The position numbers and the translations under genes are program-made. The notes below the pieces were generated by a model. It was not told where the DNA came from. It did no database searches and was given only the letters and a program-made list of their open reading frames with translations. This document shows, piece after piece, positions 19,628 to 30,601 of a stretch of 54,931 nt of DNA; the first letter of the stretch is position 1; every line of letters starts with the position of its first letter. Origin of the DNA: Flavobacteriales bacterium. GTDB taxonomy: Bacteria > Bacteroidota > Bacteroidia > Palsa-965. The stretch is taken from NCBI GenBank assembly GCA_002737665.1, contig NSIF01000005.1, positions 1 through 54,931 on the forward strand. The letters run 5' to 3'.

Positions 19628-22600
19628 ATGTTCAATTCAATTGCAAAGTCAATAACAAAACTTTTAGGGGGCTCTAAATCGGAGCGTGACGTAAAAGAGG
19701 TTACACCATATATTGAAAAAATAAACTCCTTTTTTGCTGGCTACGAAAACATTTCAAACGATGAACTTCGCAGTAAAACACAAGAATTTCGTAATCGAAT
19801 TGACGAATTTATTACAGACGAAACAAATGAAATTGCAAAACTAAAGACACAGGCAGAGGTAGAAGACATTGACATAGACCAGCAGGAAGAGTTGTACAAT
19901 GAGATTGATGCCATCGAAAAAAAGGTGCTCAAGAAAATTGAAGTTATCTTATTAGAAATATTACCAGAAGCATTTGCAGTAGTAAAAGAAACAGCAAGAC
20001 GCTTCACAGAAAATACCGAACTTCATGTAACCGCTACACAACACGACAGGGATCTTGCTGTTCGCAAAAAAAATATTGTCATTAAAGATGATGTGGCCAC
20101 ATGGAAAAATACTTGGGATGCTGCTGGACTTGAAGTGACTTGGAACATGATTCATTACGATGTTCAACTTATAGGTGGAATCGTTTTGCATCAAGGCAAA
20201 ATTTCAGAGATGGCAACCGGTGAAGGAAAAACTTTGGTTGCTACTCTACCAGTTTACCTCAACGCACTCCCTGCGCGCGGCGTGCATCTTGTTACGGTAA
20301 ATAATTACCTTGCCCGAAGGGATGCGGAATGGAACGGACCTATTTTTGAATTCCTAGGTCTCACCGTGGATTGTATCGATTTGCATGAGCCCAATTCAAT
20401 CCAACGCCGTAAAGCTTATTTAGCTGACATCACCTACGGAACAAATAACGAATACGGATTTGATTACTTACGTGATAATATGACGCGTGAACCAAGTGAA
20501 TTGGTACAACGCAAACACCATTATGCAATTGTCGATGAAGTAGATTCTGTATTGATTGACGATGCGCGTACACCATTAATTATTGCTGGGCCAACACCGA
20601 AAGGCGATGACCATATGTTTCATGACCTGAAACCTAAAATCGAAAAACTGGTTGCCGCACAAAGAGGCTATGTAAATATTATTCTTGCTGATGCCAAAAA
20701 ATTATTTTCAGACGCATCAAAAGACAAGGAAAAAGAAAAAGATTGCGGCATGAAGTTACTGCGATGCCATCGAGGACTTCCAAAAAATAAAGCGCTCATA
20801 AAATTTCTCAGCGAGAATGGTGTGAGGGCGTTAATGCAAAAAACAGAAAACATTTATTTACAAGACAATCAACGCGAGATGCACAAAGTGGATGCGGAGT
20901 TGTTTTTTGTAATTGATGAAAAACATAATACAATCGAACTTTCTGAAAAAGGAATTGAATTAATTGCTACATCTGCCGAAGACCACAACTTTTTTATTCT
21001 CCCCGATCTTGCCTTGGCACTCGCTGAATTAGAACAACAATTTCCAGACGAAAAAGAACGCATACTTCACAAAGAACAAATCATTCTGGATTACAACGTT
21101 AAATCAGAACGGGTGCACTCCATGCAGCAATTGCTAAAGGCCTATTGCTTATTTGAGAAAGATGACGAGTATATTGTAGGAGATGGCAAAGTAAAAATTG
21201 TTGACGAACAAACGGGACGCGTATTGGATGGACGACGTTACTCCGACGGATTACACCAGGCAATTGAAGCAAAAGAAAATGTTAAGATTGAAGCGGCCAC
21301 ACAGACCTATGCAACCGTAACGCTACAGAATTTTTTCAGAATGTATCACAAGTTGGCGGGAATGACTGGTACAGCCGAAACAGAAGCACAAGAGTTTTGG
21401 ACAATCTATAAATTAGATGTTGTAACTATTCCTACCAATCGTTCAATTACACGAAAGGACGAAGAGGATATGGTTTACAAAACCAAAAGAGAAAAATACA
21501 ATGCAGTAATTGATGAAATTGAAAAGTGTGTCAAAAAAGGCAGACCTATTTTGGTTGGAACAACATCGGTAGAAATTTCTGAGTTGCTCAGTCGTATGCT
21601 TAAATTACGCAACATCAAACACAATGTGCTCAATGCAAAGTTGCACCAAAAAGAAGCGGACATTGTGCAGGAAGCAGGGCAAGCAGGAACTGTTACAATT
21701 GCTACCAATATGGCAGGCCGTGGTACCGATATTAAACTCGGACTTGGCGTGAAAGAAGCTGGTGGTCTTGCCATCATTGGAACAGAACGACACGAGTCAA
21801 GACGCGTCGATAGGCAGTTGCGTGGGCGAGCGGGAAGACAAGGTGATCCTGGCTCATCACAATTTTTTGTTTCACTCGAAGATGATTTGATGCGTTTATT
21901 CGGTTCGGAGCGGATTGCAAAACTGATGGACAGAATGGGATTAGAAGAAGGAGAAGTAATTCAACATCGAATGATTTCAAATTCTATTGAACGTGCGCAG
22001 AAAAAAGTAGAGGAAAATCATTTTGGTACTCGTAAGCGTTTGATCGAATACGACGATGTAATGAATGCACAACGCGAGGTAATTTATAAACGCCGTCGCA
22101 ATGCACTTTTTGGTGAGCGTTTGCAATTAGATATTACAAATATGATGTATGACGTTACAGATTCGGTCGTCAGCAATCATGCGGAGTACCAAAACTTCCC
22201 GCAATTTGAAATGGATATGATTCGCATCTTTGGAATGGAAAGTCCCGTTTCAGAAGAAGAATTTAACAGTACAAAATCGCAGGAACTCTCTGCAAAAATT
22301 GCAGAACACGTCAAGGCGCATTACAAGGAAAAATCAGCTACGCTGGCTGCAAAAACTTTTCCTACCATTAAAGATGTTTATGAAAACCAAGGTGCGCAGT
22401 TTGAAAATATTGTTACACCCCTTTCAGACGGAATAAAAACTTTACAATGTATAGCTAACTTAAAAAAATGTTACGACACTAAAGGACGCGAATTAGTTTT
22501 GACATTTGAAAAAGGAGCCACACTTTCAATGATTGACGATGCTTGGAAAGAGCACCTTCGAGAAATGGATGACTTAAAAACATCCGTTCAAAATGCGGTG

Positions 22601-22960
22601 TACGAACAAAAAGACCCTTTGCTGATTTATAAATTTGAATCTTTCGATTTATTTAAACGAATGATTGATGAAACGAATCGGGAATTAGTTGCATTCTTAT
22701 TCAAAGCTAATTTACCGAACAACGATGGAAATCAAATTCAAGAAGCGCGTCAAAGAAGACCAAGTCCACAACCAAAATTACAGACACAAAGGGAAGAAGT
22801 TGGTGGCGGACCACAGCAACAATTAAATTCGCCTGGCGCACCTAATGTACCACAACAAGAAAAGCCTCAACAAGTGGTGCGACAAGATCCTAAAATTGGA
22901 AGAAATGATGCTTGTCCTTGTGGATCTGGTAAAAAATACAAACAATGCCACGGAAAGTAA
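19628..22960 (+). CDS. secA: preprotein translocase ATPase SecA
   Basis: 1110 aa with [14 protein letters not shown] Walker [18 protein letters not shown] and the C-terminal zinc motif [14 protein letters not shown]. Confidence 0.97.
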   Translation: MFNSIAKSITKLLGGSKSERDVKEVTPYIEKINSFFAGYENISNDELRSKTQEFRNRIDEFITDETNEIAKLKTQAEVEDIDIDQQEELYNEIDAIEKKVLKKIEVILLEILPEAFAVVKETARRFTENTELHVTATQHDRDLAVRKKNIVIKDDVATWKNTWDAAGLEVTWNMIHYDVQLIGGIVLHQGKISEMATGEGKTLVATLPVYLNALPARGVHLVTVNNYLARRDAEWNGPIFEFLGLTVDCIDLHEPNSIQRRKAYLADITYGTNNEYGFDYLRDNMTREPSELVQRKHHYAIVDEVDSVLIDDARTPLIIAGPTPKGDDHMFHDLKPKIEKLVAAQRGYVNIILADAKKLFSDASKDKEKEKDCGMKLLRCHRGLPKNKALIKFLSENGVRALMQKTENIYLQDNQREMHKVDAELFFVIDEKHNTIELSEKGIELIATSAEDHNFFILPDLALALAELEQQFPDEKERILHKEQIILDYNVKSERVHSMQQLLKAYCLFEKDDEYIVGDGKVKIVDEQTGRVLDGRRYSDGLHQAIEAKENVKIEAATQTYATVTLQNFFRMYHKLAGMTGTAETEAQEFWTIYKLDVVTIPTNRSITRKDEEDMVYKTKREKYNAVIDEIEKCVKKGRPILVGTTSVEISELLSRMLKLRNIKHNVLNAKLHQKEADIVQEAGQAGTVTIATNMAGRGTDIKLGLGVKEAGGLAIIGTERHESRRVDRQLRGRAGRQGDPGSSQFFVSLEDDLMRLFGSERIAKLMDRMGLEEGEVIQHRMISNSIERAQKKVEENHFGTRKRLIEYDDVMNAQREVIYKRRRNALFGERLQLDITNMMYDVTDSVVSNHAEYQNFPQFEMDMIRIFGMESPVSEEEFNSTKSQELSAKIAEHVKAHYKEKSATLAAKTFPTIKDVYENQGAQFENIVTPLSDGIKTLQCIANLKKCYDTKGRELVLTFEKGATLSMIDDAWKEHLREMDDLKTSVQNAVYEQKDPLLIYKFESFDLFKRMIDETNRELVAFLFKANLPNNDGNQIQEARQRRPSPQPKLQTQREEVGGGPQQQLNSPGAPNVPQQEKPQQVVRQDPKIGRNDACPCGSGKKYKQCHGK

Positions 22961-22972
22961 TAATATTATAAA

Positions 22973-23326
22973 TTATCGAATCTCTTTCCCACTTCTATAA
23001 TTTATTTTCCTTTTTAAGTCGCCATTTCTATTATACTCCAACCATACCCCTTCTTCTTTGCTGTCAAAATAAATCCCCTCTCTCCATTTCTCATTTAATG
23101 GAAATGTAGAATCTGTACACGATATTCCATACAAAATCCATTTCCCTTGACGTAATCCTTTTCCGTCAACATAATTTAACAATGACGATGTTTCCTCTTC
23201 GGGCTGCTTCTCCATTTTAGTAAGGGGCTTTTCCGCAATACCTTCAGCAAGTGGAGCGTTTGCTACATCTGTTGCACATGAACTTAAAAATAAAATAAAG
23301 TAAAAACAAAAGCTTAGTTTATGCAT
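22973..23326 (-). CDS. lipoprotein with MORN-variant (YwqK-like) repeats
   Basis: Lipobox LFLSSC. GLRQGKWILYG and EGVWLEYNRNGDLKRKINYRSGK repeats. Confidence 0.5.
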   Translation of the reverse strand: MHKLSFCFYFILFLSSCATDVANAPLAEGIAEKPLTKMEKQPEEETSSLLNYVDGKGLRQGKWILYGISCTDSTFPLNEKWREGIYFDSKEEGVWLEYNRNGDLKRKINYRSGKEIR

Positions 23327-23412
23327 ACTAGCTTGGTTCTGCCTCTTGGGCTTTTACACTAGCAAACTCAGCATGGGCAACAATAGCAAGACAATCGTTT
23401 TTCAATATTTTT

Positions 23413-26400
23413 TTATTGAAGCTCAACCTTTCTAACCTGAAAACCATTTTCTGTTTTCACTTGCAGCAAATAAATTCCTCTTGGTAAAACAGCAGTAGAT
23501 AAAGTTATGTTGCTAATGCCATTAGGCAGATTAGACTTTGATACCGAAACAATTTGACCAAGCATATTGAGTAAATTAATTTCTACCACCTGCTGCTTTC
23601 CTAATTGCAATTCAATTGTTATAAAAGTGTTTGCAGGATTAGGATAAACAGAAACTGAAGTTGTTCCAAATGTATTATTTATGCCCAGACAATTATCTAC
23701 AACAAATGTTTGTGCTACGGTGTCTAAACAATTTAAGGAATCAACATAAGTATAATAAAGTGTATGTGTTCCAACACCTGCAATTGATGGATCGAAAATA
23801 CCTGCGCTTACACCAGGACCATAATACGTTCCACCTAATGGAAGGCCTCCGGTTAATACAAAAGGTGCATCTACAATACAGCTCGTATCGTATCCCATTG
23901 TAGCAAAAGAAACAAAAAGTCCACCTACAGTAGCAGTAACAGGAACACGAATGCTTGTGCAAGGAGGTAAAGAAATTGCCCATTTGTATAAAAAATAATA
24001 ATAACTCGGTCCAGCTTCAGATCCTGTTATAGAAACTACATTATTTAAAACATAAGGGTACGTTGGTCCGCTACTATTACGATACAAATTCATTTGCGTT
24101 CCTCCAATTCTGTAACTACCTGGTAGAAGTGGAATATTAAGGGAAATAGTTTGAGCGCCTACAACAGGACAATTCACAACGTATTGGTTGATTTGATTGC
24201 CCGCATTATCCCATAGCGTAAAAGTTTTATTCCCAGCTGTGCCCGCATTGACATCAGCGGAAACAAATGTACAAGGCGTATAAACCGTAAATTCTAAATA
24301 GCGTATTGAAGTACTATTATGATTTCCTCCACTTCCAAAATTATAAGACAAAGGGCCAACTGAACCTGGTGGCTGACTAATCTGATTTTCTAAATAATAA
24401 GTGGTGCTTGTATTTAATACAGGAGTTGTAAAAGTATTTCCTGTTGCTAACGGTGTTCCGCCAACTTGACCTGCATACCACTGTAAAGTTCCGGTACCAG
24501 TACCTGTAAGATTAAAACTATTTTGGGTACAACTATTTTGATCAATTCCAACAGGAGCGGTTGGGGGATTAATAATAATGTATTGTGACTGAATAATTGA
24601 ATCGGTACCACAAGTGCTATTTACAGAAAGAGAAACATTAAAACTTCCAGCCGAATTATAAATGTGCGAAGGAGAGTAAGTGGTACTTGTAGTAGCATCA
24701 CCAAAATCCCATACGGCATTAGTAGCGTTGGAACTATTATTGGTAAAATTTACGGTCATTGGCAAATTACAGGAAGTTGTAATGTCAGCAGCAAATGAAG
24801 CTGTAACGGTAGAAGAATAAACACCACCTACACCCACGGCATACCAAGCATTTGCAGTAGCAACAACCTCCGGTGTACAAGCACCATAAAGATCAACAGC
24901 CGATTGAATATCTGCTACACGGCAATCTGCAAATTGAGATGAAGCTACAAGATAAACGGTGTGCCCACGGAAACAAATATCAGCAGCACTTGAAACCCCA
25001 AGCCCTGCTACATTATATGGATTTCCTAAATCATTTGTTCCTGATTCTCCCATAGAAAGAATATAAAACCATTTATTTCGCACGCCAGAATTGATGTGAA
25101 CTCCACCGTTATCACTTGCTGCTGTATGCCAATGTGTGCCCAAATAAGTATCAGGATCATTGTACTGGTTTGGATTTTGCATATTGCGCAATGCTGCATT
25201 AGCATTTACACAAATTTCTTCCCCAATTAAAAAATCAGCAGATGCTGGCTTGGCATAAAACTCAATTGCAGTGCCCATTATATCTGAAAAGGCTTCATTC
25301 ATTGCACCTGATTCATAAGAATAAACCAATCCACATGAAAATTGAGTAACGCCATGTGCAAACTCATGACCACAAACATCAATTGAAACAAGTGGATTAA
25401 AGCCCCCTGGCGTTTGTGTGCCATCACCATAAGACATTGAAGTTCCATCCCAAAATGCATTGTTTAACCCAGAATCGTAATGAACGTAGGATACCATCAA
25501 CATTCCCGCATTGTCAATCCCGTTTCGTCCATGCAACAAAGAAAAATAATCATATGTTTTTTCAGCGCCCCAATGTGCATCGTAAGCAGCATTATCAAAG
25601 TTGGCGGTGGCGGTCCATGTAGCGGAATTGTTTGTGAAATCAGTGGCATTATTTTGATTGGTAGAAAGATTTGCATTGTACGTTTCAATTCCATTGCCAC
25701 GCCCTGATTCACGCATCCTATACTGACCATTTGAGTAATTATCACATGTAAAATTTAATAGCCCGCTGTACAAAGACGTTCCCGTTGCTGGCACATCTAT
25801 TTCGTGTATCTGATCAACAGAGGCAACAATTCCACCTACATTTGCATCTACATAAACATATTTTCTTGCAAAAGGTTTCAAAGCATAAACATCAAACTTC
25901 CATGCCAGGTGATATTCTTTTTTAAATACATCGTTATTTGCACAAACAATAACCAATTCACCAGTAGGAAAATAAGTCGCGTTGGGATTATTTTTAATGT
26001 GTTGTAAAGCAGCTTGGTCAGCAGCAACTTCCCATTTATACAATTGAGCATTAGTAAAGTTCAATGCAACTTGTAAGGCTGCCGACTCTGTTAAAACAGG
26101 ACTTGTATTTAAAGCAATTCCATCTAAACACATTCCGTTGACACTTTCAACCCTTCCATTTCGTTCGTGCACAAGGTATTCTCCGGCCTCTACCTTTATA
26201 TTATTATAGGTTTGGTCGTATCTGTAATGAGTAAAACCAAGATTATCTTTTTCCGAACGTTTGAGTTTCCATCCATCTGCAACTTGCATTTTTAAGGGGC
26301 CGCGCAATACATCAAAAATAACCGATGCCGAAATATTCACATCAGGTCGCATCACAATAAATGAAGGTACTCGCGACTGTTTGTTTATCATTACAGATTT

Positions 26401-26532
26401 ACTTCCAGGACAAATTGCAGCAGCATCATTTCCATAAAACTCCTTCATCGAAGAAATCCCCTGTGTTTGTGCAAAAACTACAGTGTTTGTACAGCACAAA
26501 ACACCTGCCAAAAGGAAAGAATAAATTTTCAT
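23413..26532 (-). CDS. M4 (thermolysin-like) zinc metalloprotease with PKD-like domains and T9SS C-terminal sorting domain
   Basis: HEXXH (VCGHEFAHGV) plus the downstream GAMNEAFSD glutamate motif. A PKD-like segment is present (AVWDFGDATTST...FNVSLSV). The C-terminal VYPNPANTFITIE...GIYLLQVKT...KVELQ is CTD-type. Confidence 0.85.
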   Translation of the reverse strand: MKIYSFLLAGVLCCTNTVVFAQTQGISSMKEFYGNDAAAICPGSKSVMINKQSRVPSFIVMRPDVNISASVIFDVLRGPLKMQVADGWKLKRSEKDNLGFTHYRYDQTYNNIKVEAGEYLVHERNGRVESVNGMCLDGIALNTSPVLTESAALQVALNFTNAQLYKWEVAADQAALQHIKNNPNATYFPTGELVIVCANNDVFKKEYHLAWKFDVYALKPFARKYVYVDANVGGIVASVDQIHEIDVPATGTSLYSGLLNFTCDNYSNGQYRMRESGRGNGIETYNANLSTNQNNATDFTNNSATWTATANFDNAAYDAHWGAEKTYDYFSLLHGRNGIDNAGMLMVSYVHYDSGLNNAFWDGTSMSYGDGTQTPGGFNPLVSIDVCGHEFAHGVTQFSCGLVYSYESGAMNEAFSDIMGTAIEFYAKPASADFLIGEEICVNANAALRNMQNPNQYNDPDTYLGTHWHTAASDNGGVHINSGVRNKWFYILSMGESGTNDLGNPYNVAGLGVSSAADICFRGHTVYLVASSQFADCRVADIQSAVDLYGACTPEVVATANAWYAVGVGGVYSSTVTASFAADITTSCNLPMTVNFTNNSSNATNAVWDFGDATTSTTYSPSHIYNSAGSFNVSLSVNSTCGTDSIIQSQYIIINPPTAPVGIDQNSCTQNSFNLTGTGTGTLQWYAGQVGGTPLATGNTFTTPVLNTSTTYYLENQISQPPGSVGPLSYNFGSGGNHNSTSIRYLEFTVYTPCTFVSADVNAGTAGNKTFTLWDNAGNQINQYVVNCPVVGAQTISLNIPLLPGSYRIGGTQMNLYRNSSGPTYPYVLNNVVSITGSEAGPSYYYFLYKWAISLPPCTSIRVPVTATVGGLFVSFATMGYDTSCIVDAPFVLTGGLPLGGTYYGPGVSAGIFDPSIAGVGTHTLYYTYVDSLNCLDTVAQTFVVDNCLGINNTFGTTSVSVYPNPANTFITIELQLGKQQVVEINLLNMLGQIVSVSKSNLPNGISNITLSTAVLPRGIYLLQVKTENGFQVRKVELQ

Positions 26533-26557
26533 AATTTAAATTTATATATTAAAATTC

Positions 26558-26582
26558 AACACTCTAATTAGGAGTGTTTTTT
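26558..26582. terminator. hairpin with T-tract, possible bidirectional terminator
   Basis: AACACTC (26558-26564) / GAGTGTT (26572-26578) with a 7-nt loop. T6 follows on the plus side and GAATTTTAAT on the minus side. It lies between two minus-strand genes. Confidence 0.35.
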
Positions 26583-26634
26583 ATAAAGAATAAAGGTAAG
26601 AAAAAAATAGGGAATATTGGCAAGTGCCAATCTC

Positions 26635-27039
26635 TTACTTACAGCCACATTTAGATCCGTCTAATGCGGGGTAAATTTTTAACAGCTGGGCGGTCGAATC
26701 GACCATGTTGGCAGAAAAATAAAATTCGAGTTGTTGACCTTTCACAATTAAGTTCATATCATACTCGTGATGCGGCTCTTTATGGGTGTTACTTTTATCG
26801 AAATCTACATCACCTGTAGCTGCAGCATTTCGAATATCTTCAATCGAAATTCCTGCACATTTTAGCTTACAAAGTAAGGTAGAGTCGGCGTCTATTTTTT
26901 TAGCAAGCGAAATAAATTTTAGAACGCGTGGCCCAGGTAAAAATGCCGACAAGTCTCTATTTCTAAAGAGGACAAAACAAATAACACACCCGAGACCAAA
27001 GCCAATTAAATAAAGTTTTATGCGTCTGCCCCAAGTCAT
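26635..27039 (-). CDS. hypothetical membrane-anchored protein
   Basis: 134 aa with an N-terminal TM helix (IKLYLIGFGLGCVICFVLF) and a C-terminal CGCK. I am unsure of a possible DUF4258 resemblance. Confidence 0.5.
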   Translation of the reverse strand: MTWGRRIKLYLIGFGLGCVICFVLFRNRDLSAFLPGPRVLKFISLAKKIDADSTLLCKLKCAGISIEDIRNAAATGDVDFDKSNTHKEPHHEYDMNLIVKGQQLEFYFSANMVDSTAQLLKIYPALDGSKCGCK

Positions 27040-27126
27040 ACAATTAAATAATTTTTATTTAACAATTAAGATACCTGCCGGAGATTAAATTTTTACGGGA
27101 AATTTTGAATGAATTTGTTTTCAAAT

Positions 27127-28347
27127 TTACATGGCTGATAAAAACAAATCAATATCGTTTGAAGGCAGATTAAATGATTCGCCGAGGTATTTGTTAGTAA
27201 GAATCCCTTGGTAAATATAAACACCATGACGTACACCAGCATTTTCGCGTAACATATTCTGCAAGCCTCCTTCATCGCCAATATTTGATAAAATTGGTGC
27301 GAAGATTGTGGACAAAGCATAAGATGCGGTTCTTGACACACGCGATGCAATATTTGGAATACAATAATGAATAACGCCATGCTTAAGAAAAACGGGGTTT
27401 GTGTGGCTCGTGACTTTAGATGTTTCAAAGCATCCTCCTTGATCGATACTGACATCCACAATCACAGTACCCTGCTTCATAGCAGCAACCATTTCTTCCG
27501 TTACAACGCAAGGAGTTCTGCCACCACTAGTGCGTAGCGCTCCAATGGCAACATCGGCCGATTTTAAATGTTTTCCAAGCACTTTGGGTTGAATAATAGA
27601 AGTAAAAATTCTAGCACCAAGAGAACTTTGTAACCGGCGCAAACGATACACCGAGTTATCAAAAACTTTTACTGTTGCGCCTAATCCAAGTGCAGCCCGC
27701 GCTGCAAATTCACCTACCGTTCCAGCACCAATAATAACAACCTCGGTTGGTGCCACGCCCGAAATACCTCCCAGCATAGCGCCTAGACCATTATTTACGT
27801 TTGACAAATATTCTGCAGCAATAAGAATAGCGCTTGCTCCTGCTATTTCTCCCATGGAACGAATTACAGGATACACGCCATCATCATCGCGAATCCACTC
27901 AAAGGCAATGGCGGTAACTTTTTTATCAATCAACTTTTTAAGAAAGCTTTCTGGTTGTGCGGGCAATTGTAACGTAGAGAACAATGTTTGTTTGTGCTGC
28001 ATCAAATCAATTTCTTCAAGTGATGGAGGTGCAACTTTCAAAATAATTTCCGATTGCTTGTAAACTTCTACTGCGGTAAGCAAAATTTCTGCTCCAGCTT
28101 CACTGTAATCCCTGTCTTGAAATTTTGAACTATTCCCTACTCCCGTTTCTACAACAACATGATGACCATTGTTGATTAACAAAGCAACATCATCAGGCAC
28201 CAGTGAAACTCGATTTTCCTGAAATGAGATTTCCTTTGGAATACCAATTTTGAGTTTCCCTTTTTTGCGAGCCACCTCAAGCATTTCTTCCTGTGGCTTA
28301 AATGCTCCTTTGGCAAGAGATTGGAGAATATCGCGAGAAGTTTTCAT
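27127..28347 (-). CDS. alanine dehydrogenase / PNT-alpha family NAD-dependent dehydrogenase
   Basis: Rossmann motif VIIGAGTVGEFAARAALGLGA and AlaDH/PNT-like N- and C-domains. 406 aa. Confidence 0.7.
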   Translation of the reverse strand: MKTSRDILQSLAKGAFKPQEEMLEVARKKGKLKIGIPKEISFQENRVSLVPDDVALLINNGHHVVVETGVGNSSKFQDRDYSEAGAEILLTAVEVYKQSEIILKVAPPSLEEIDLMQHKQTLFSTLQLPAQPESFLKKLIDKKVTAIAFEWIRDDDGVYPVIRSMGEIAGASAILIAAEYLSNVNNGLGAMLGGISGVAPTEVVIIGAGTVGEFAARAALGLGATVKVFDNSVYRLRRLQSSLGARIFTSIIQPKVLGKHLKSADVAIGALRTSGGRTPCVVTEEMVAAMKQGTVIVDVSIDQGGCFETSKVTSHTNPVFLKHGVIHYCIPNIASRVSRTASYALSTIFAPILSNIGDEGGLQNMLRENAGVRHGVYIYQGILTNKYLGESFNLPSNDIDLFLSAM

Positions 28348-28486
28348 ATGAATGCGGAATAATAACCTTTCAATTTAATTCAGGTTTAAAGATAATAAAA
28401 ATATGGCAGGTCATTTGAAAATTCTATGCACACTTACACAGCGTCTTAAGCAAAAGTAAATTCTGCATTTACAATACTACATTTCA

Positions 28487-28915
28487 TTACAATGGGGAAC
28501 GACAACTAATTTCCCTCAGCCCATTAACAACACTGATATTGACAAAAACTGTTTCTGCTGGCAAAATCCCTTCCGCACGCTCTGGCCACTCTACAAAACA
28601 ATGGTTATCGCTGTATAAATACTCTTCCATACCAATATCCAATGCCTCTTCTATAGATTTTAATCGATATAAATCAAAATGATAAATAACCTCTCCACCA
28701 ATACTACGGTATTCATTAACTATTGAAAAAGAAGGGCTCGACATGACCTCTTCCACACCTAATTGCTGACACAAAGCTTTGATAAACGTTGTTTTACCAG
28801 CACCTAATTCGCCCCTAAACGCAAATATTCTACTTTTAGGGAAAGCTTCTAAAAGTTTTTTTGAAGATTCCGCAAGGTCATCTAAATTCGAAATTTTCAA
28901 TTGTAAATCTGACAC
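28487..28915 (-). CDS. tsaE: tRNA t6A37 biosynthesis ATPase TsaE
   Basis: Walker A GELGAGKTTF and the HFDLYRL motif. 142 aa. The start codon is GTG. Confidence 0.85.
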   Translation of the reverse strand: MSDLQLKISNLDDLAESSKKLLEAFPKSRIFAFRGELGAGKTTFIKALCQQLGVEEVMSSPSFSIVNEYRSIGGEVIYHFDLYRLKSIEEALDIGMEEYLYSDNHCFVEWPERAEGILPAETVFVNISVVNGLREISCRSPL

Positions 28916-28964
28916 GTTAGTTCAATTAATCAAAATTTTAAATTCAACAATTCCAGTTAAACTT

Positions 28965-30518
28965 TTATTTGGCGCTCAAAACAATATATGGAATAATCAT
29001 TTCTTCTAAAGAAACACCTCCATGTTGGAAAGTATTTCGATAGTAAGAAACATAATAATTATAGTTATTCGGATATGCGAAAAAAGAATCTTGCTTTGCA
29101 AAAATATAAGAAGAGCTGACATTGTTTTTTGGCAAATAAACATCGGAAGGATTACGAACCTCAAAAACATCTTTCTTTATGTAGTCTAAACTTTTACCTT
29201 GTTTGTAGCGCAAATTCGTATTCACATTTCTATCGCCTACAACTTTCGATGCTTCTGTAACTTTTATTGTTCCGTGATCTGTGGTAATAATAAGTCGGCA
29301 TTTTTTTTCTGCAATTTGTCGAATAATATCCTGCAAAGGAGAATGTTCAAACCAAGACAATGTTAACGAACGGTAAGCGGCCTCGTCGTCGGCGAGTTCA
29401 CGAATTACTTCCATTTCAGTGCGTGCGTGCGAGAGCATATCTACAAAATTATAAACGATGACATTGAGTTTGTTCGTCAACAAATTTGTAAAATTCTCAT
29501 TTAATTTTTTGCCTGCTGCGTGATTGGTGATTTTGTTGTAGGAAAATTTCACATCCTTACCCATTCGTTTTAAATTGGCAGCAAGAAATTCTTCCTCATG
29601 CATATTTTTGCCGCCCTCGTCATCATCATTTTTCCATAAACCAGGAAACTTTTTTTCTATTTCGGATGGCAACAAGCCTGCAAAAAGTGCATTGCGTGCA
29701 TATTGGGTGGCGGTAGGCAGTATGGCGCAAAAAGTTTCTTCACTTTCAACTTTAAAATAATCACTTAAAATTGGTTGCAAAACTTTCCATTGGTCAAAAC
29801 GTAAATTATCAATCAGTAAGAAAAAAACACAACCTTCCTTTTCTAACTCTGGCACTAATTTATTTTTTAACAACGTATGTGAAAGCGTTGGCGGATTTTT
29901 GTCAGCACCACTCAACCAATCGATGTAATTACGCTCAACAAATTTCCCCCAAGCTACATTTGCTTCCTTTTTTTGCATCTCTAAAATCTCATGCATACTT
30001 TCATCCTTTGATTTCTGAAGCTCTAATTCCCAAAAAATTAGTTTCCGATAAACAGCTGTCCATTCATTCCAGGACAAGCGATCGTTCAACGTCATTCCTA
30101 TATTGCGAAAATCCTGCTGGTAGCCCGAAGTGGTTTTAGCACTTACTAATTTTTTATTGTCTAGAATTTTTTTAAGTGAAAGTAAAATCTGATTCGGATT
30201 GACTGGCTTAATGAGGTAATCGGCAATCTTTGAACCGATGGCATCCTCCATTAAATTTTCCTCTTCACTTTTTGTAATCATAATAACGGGAATATCGTTT
30301 TTCTGATTTTTTATGCGCTTTAATGTTTCCAATCCGGAAAGACCTGGCATATTTTCATCCAAAAAAACAATGTCAAAATCCTGCTTTGAAATTAAATCAA
30401 CAGCATCGTTTCCACTTGTAGCGGTGGTCACATCATAGCCTTTTTCTTTTAAAAAAAGTAGATGTGGCTTAAGCAGGTCAATTTCATCGTCAGCCCAGAG
30501 TATGTGAATTTTATCCAT
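28965..30518 (-). CDS. porX: PorX-type response regulator (REC domain fused to PglZ/alkaline-phosphatase-like domain)
   Basis: The receiver domain carries ILWADDE...VFLDENMPGLSG...ITKSEE. A roughly 390-aa PglZ-like domain follows (LIDNLRFDQW, TTDHGT). Start placed at ATG 30518 (MDKIHILW). No adjacent histidine kinase gene. Confidence 0.75.
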   Translation of the reverse strand: MDKIHILWADDEIDLLKPHLLFLKEKGYDVTTATSGNDAVDLISKQDFDIVFLDENMPGLSGLETLKRIKNQKNDIPVIMITKSEEENLMEDAIGSKIADYLIKPVNPNQILLSLKKILDNKKLVSAKTTSGYQQDFRNIGMTLNDRLSWNEWTAVYRKLIFWELELQKSKDESMHEILEMQKKEANVAWGKFVERNYIDWLSGADKNPPTLSHTLLKNKLVPELEKEGCVFFLLIDNLRFDQWKVLQPILSDYFKVESEETFCAILPTATQYARNALFAGLLPSEIEKKFPGLWKNDDDEGGKNMHEEEFLAANLKRMGKDVKFSYNKITNHAAGKKLNENFTNLLTNKLNVIVYNFVDMLSHARTEMEVIRELADDEAAYRSLTLSWFEHSPLQDIIRQIAEKKCRLIITTDHGTIKVTEASKVVGDRNVNTNLRYKQGKSLDYIKKDVFEVRNPSDVYLPKNNVSSSYIFAKQDSFFAYPNNYNYYVSYYRNTFQHGGVSLEEMIIPYIVLSAK

Positions 30519-30601
30519 TAGGTAGTATAGTGTTTCAGAGGTAAAAAACGAAAAACAATAAGTTTTATTGTTGATTTGCAAACAGCCTATGCTGTTTTTT
30601 A

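Noticed and set aside
26616-26631. Palindrome ATTGGCAAGTGCCAAT just after the stop of the 26635-27039 gene
   Set aside because: It could be a small terminator stem or an operator, but the loop is only 2 nt and the T-tract is 10 nt away. The nearby 26558-26582 hairpin is the better terminator candidate.
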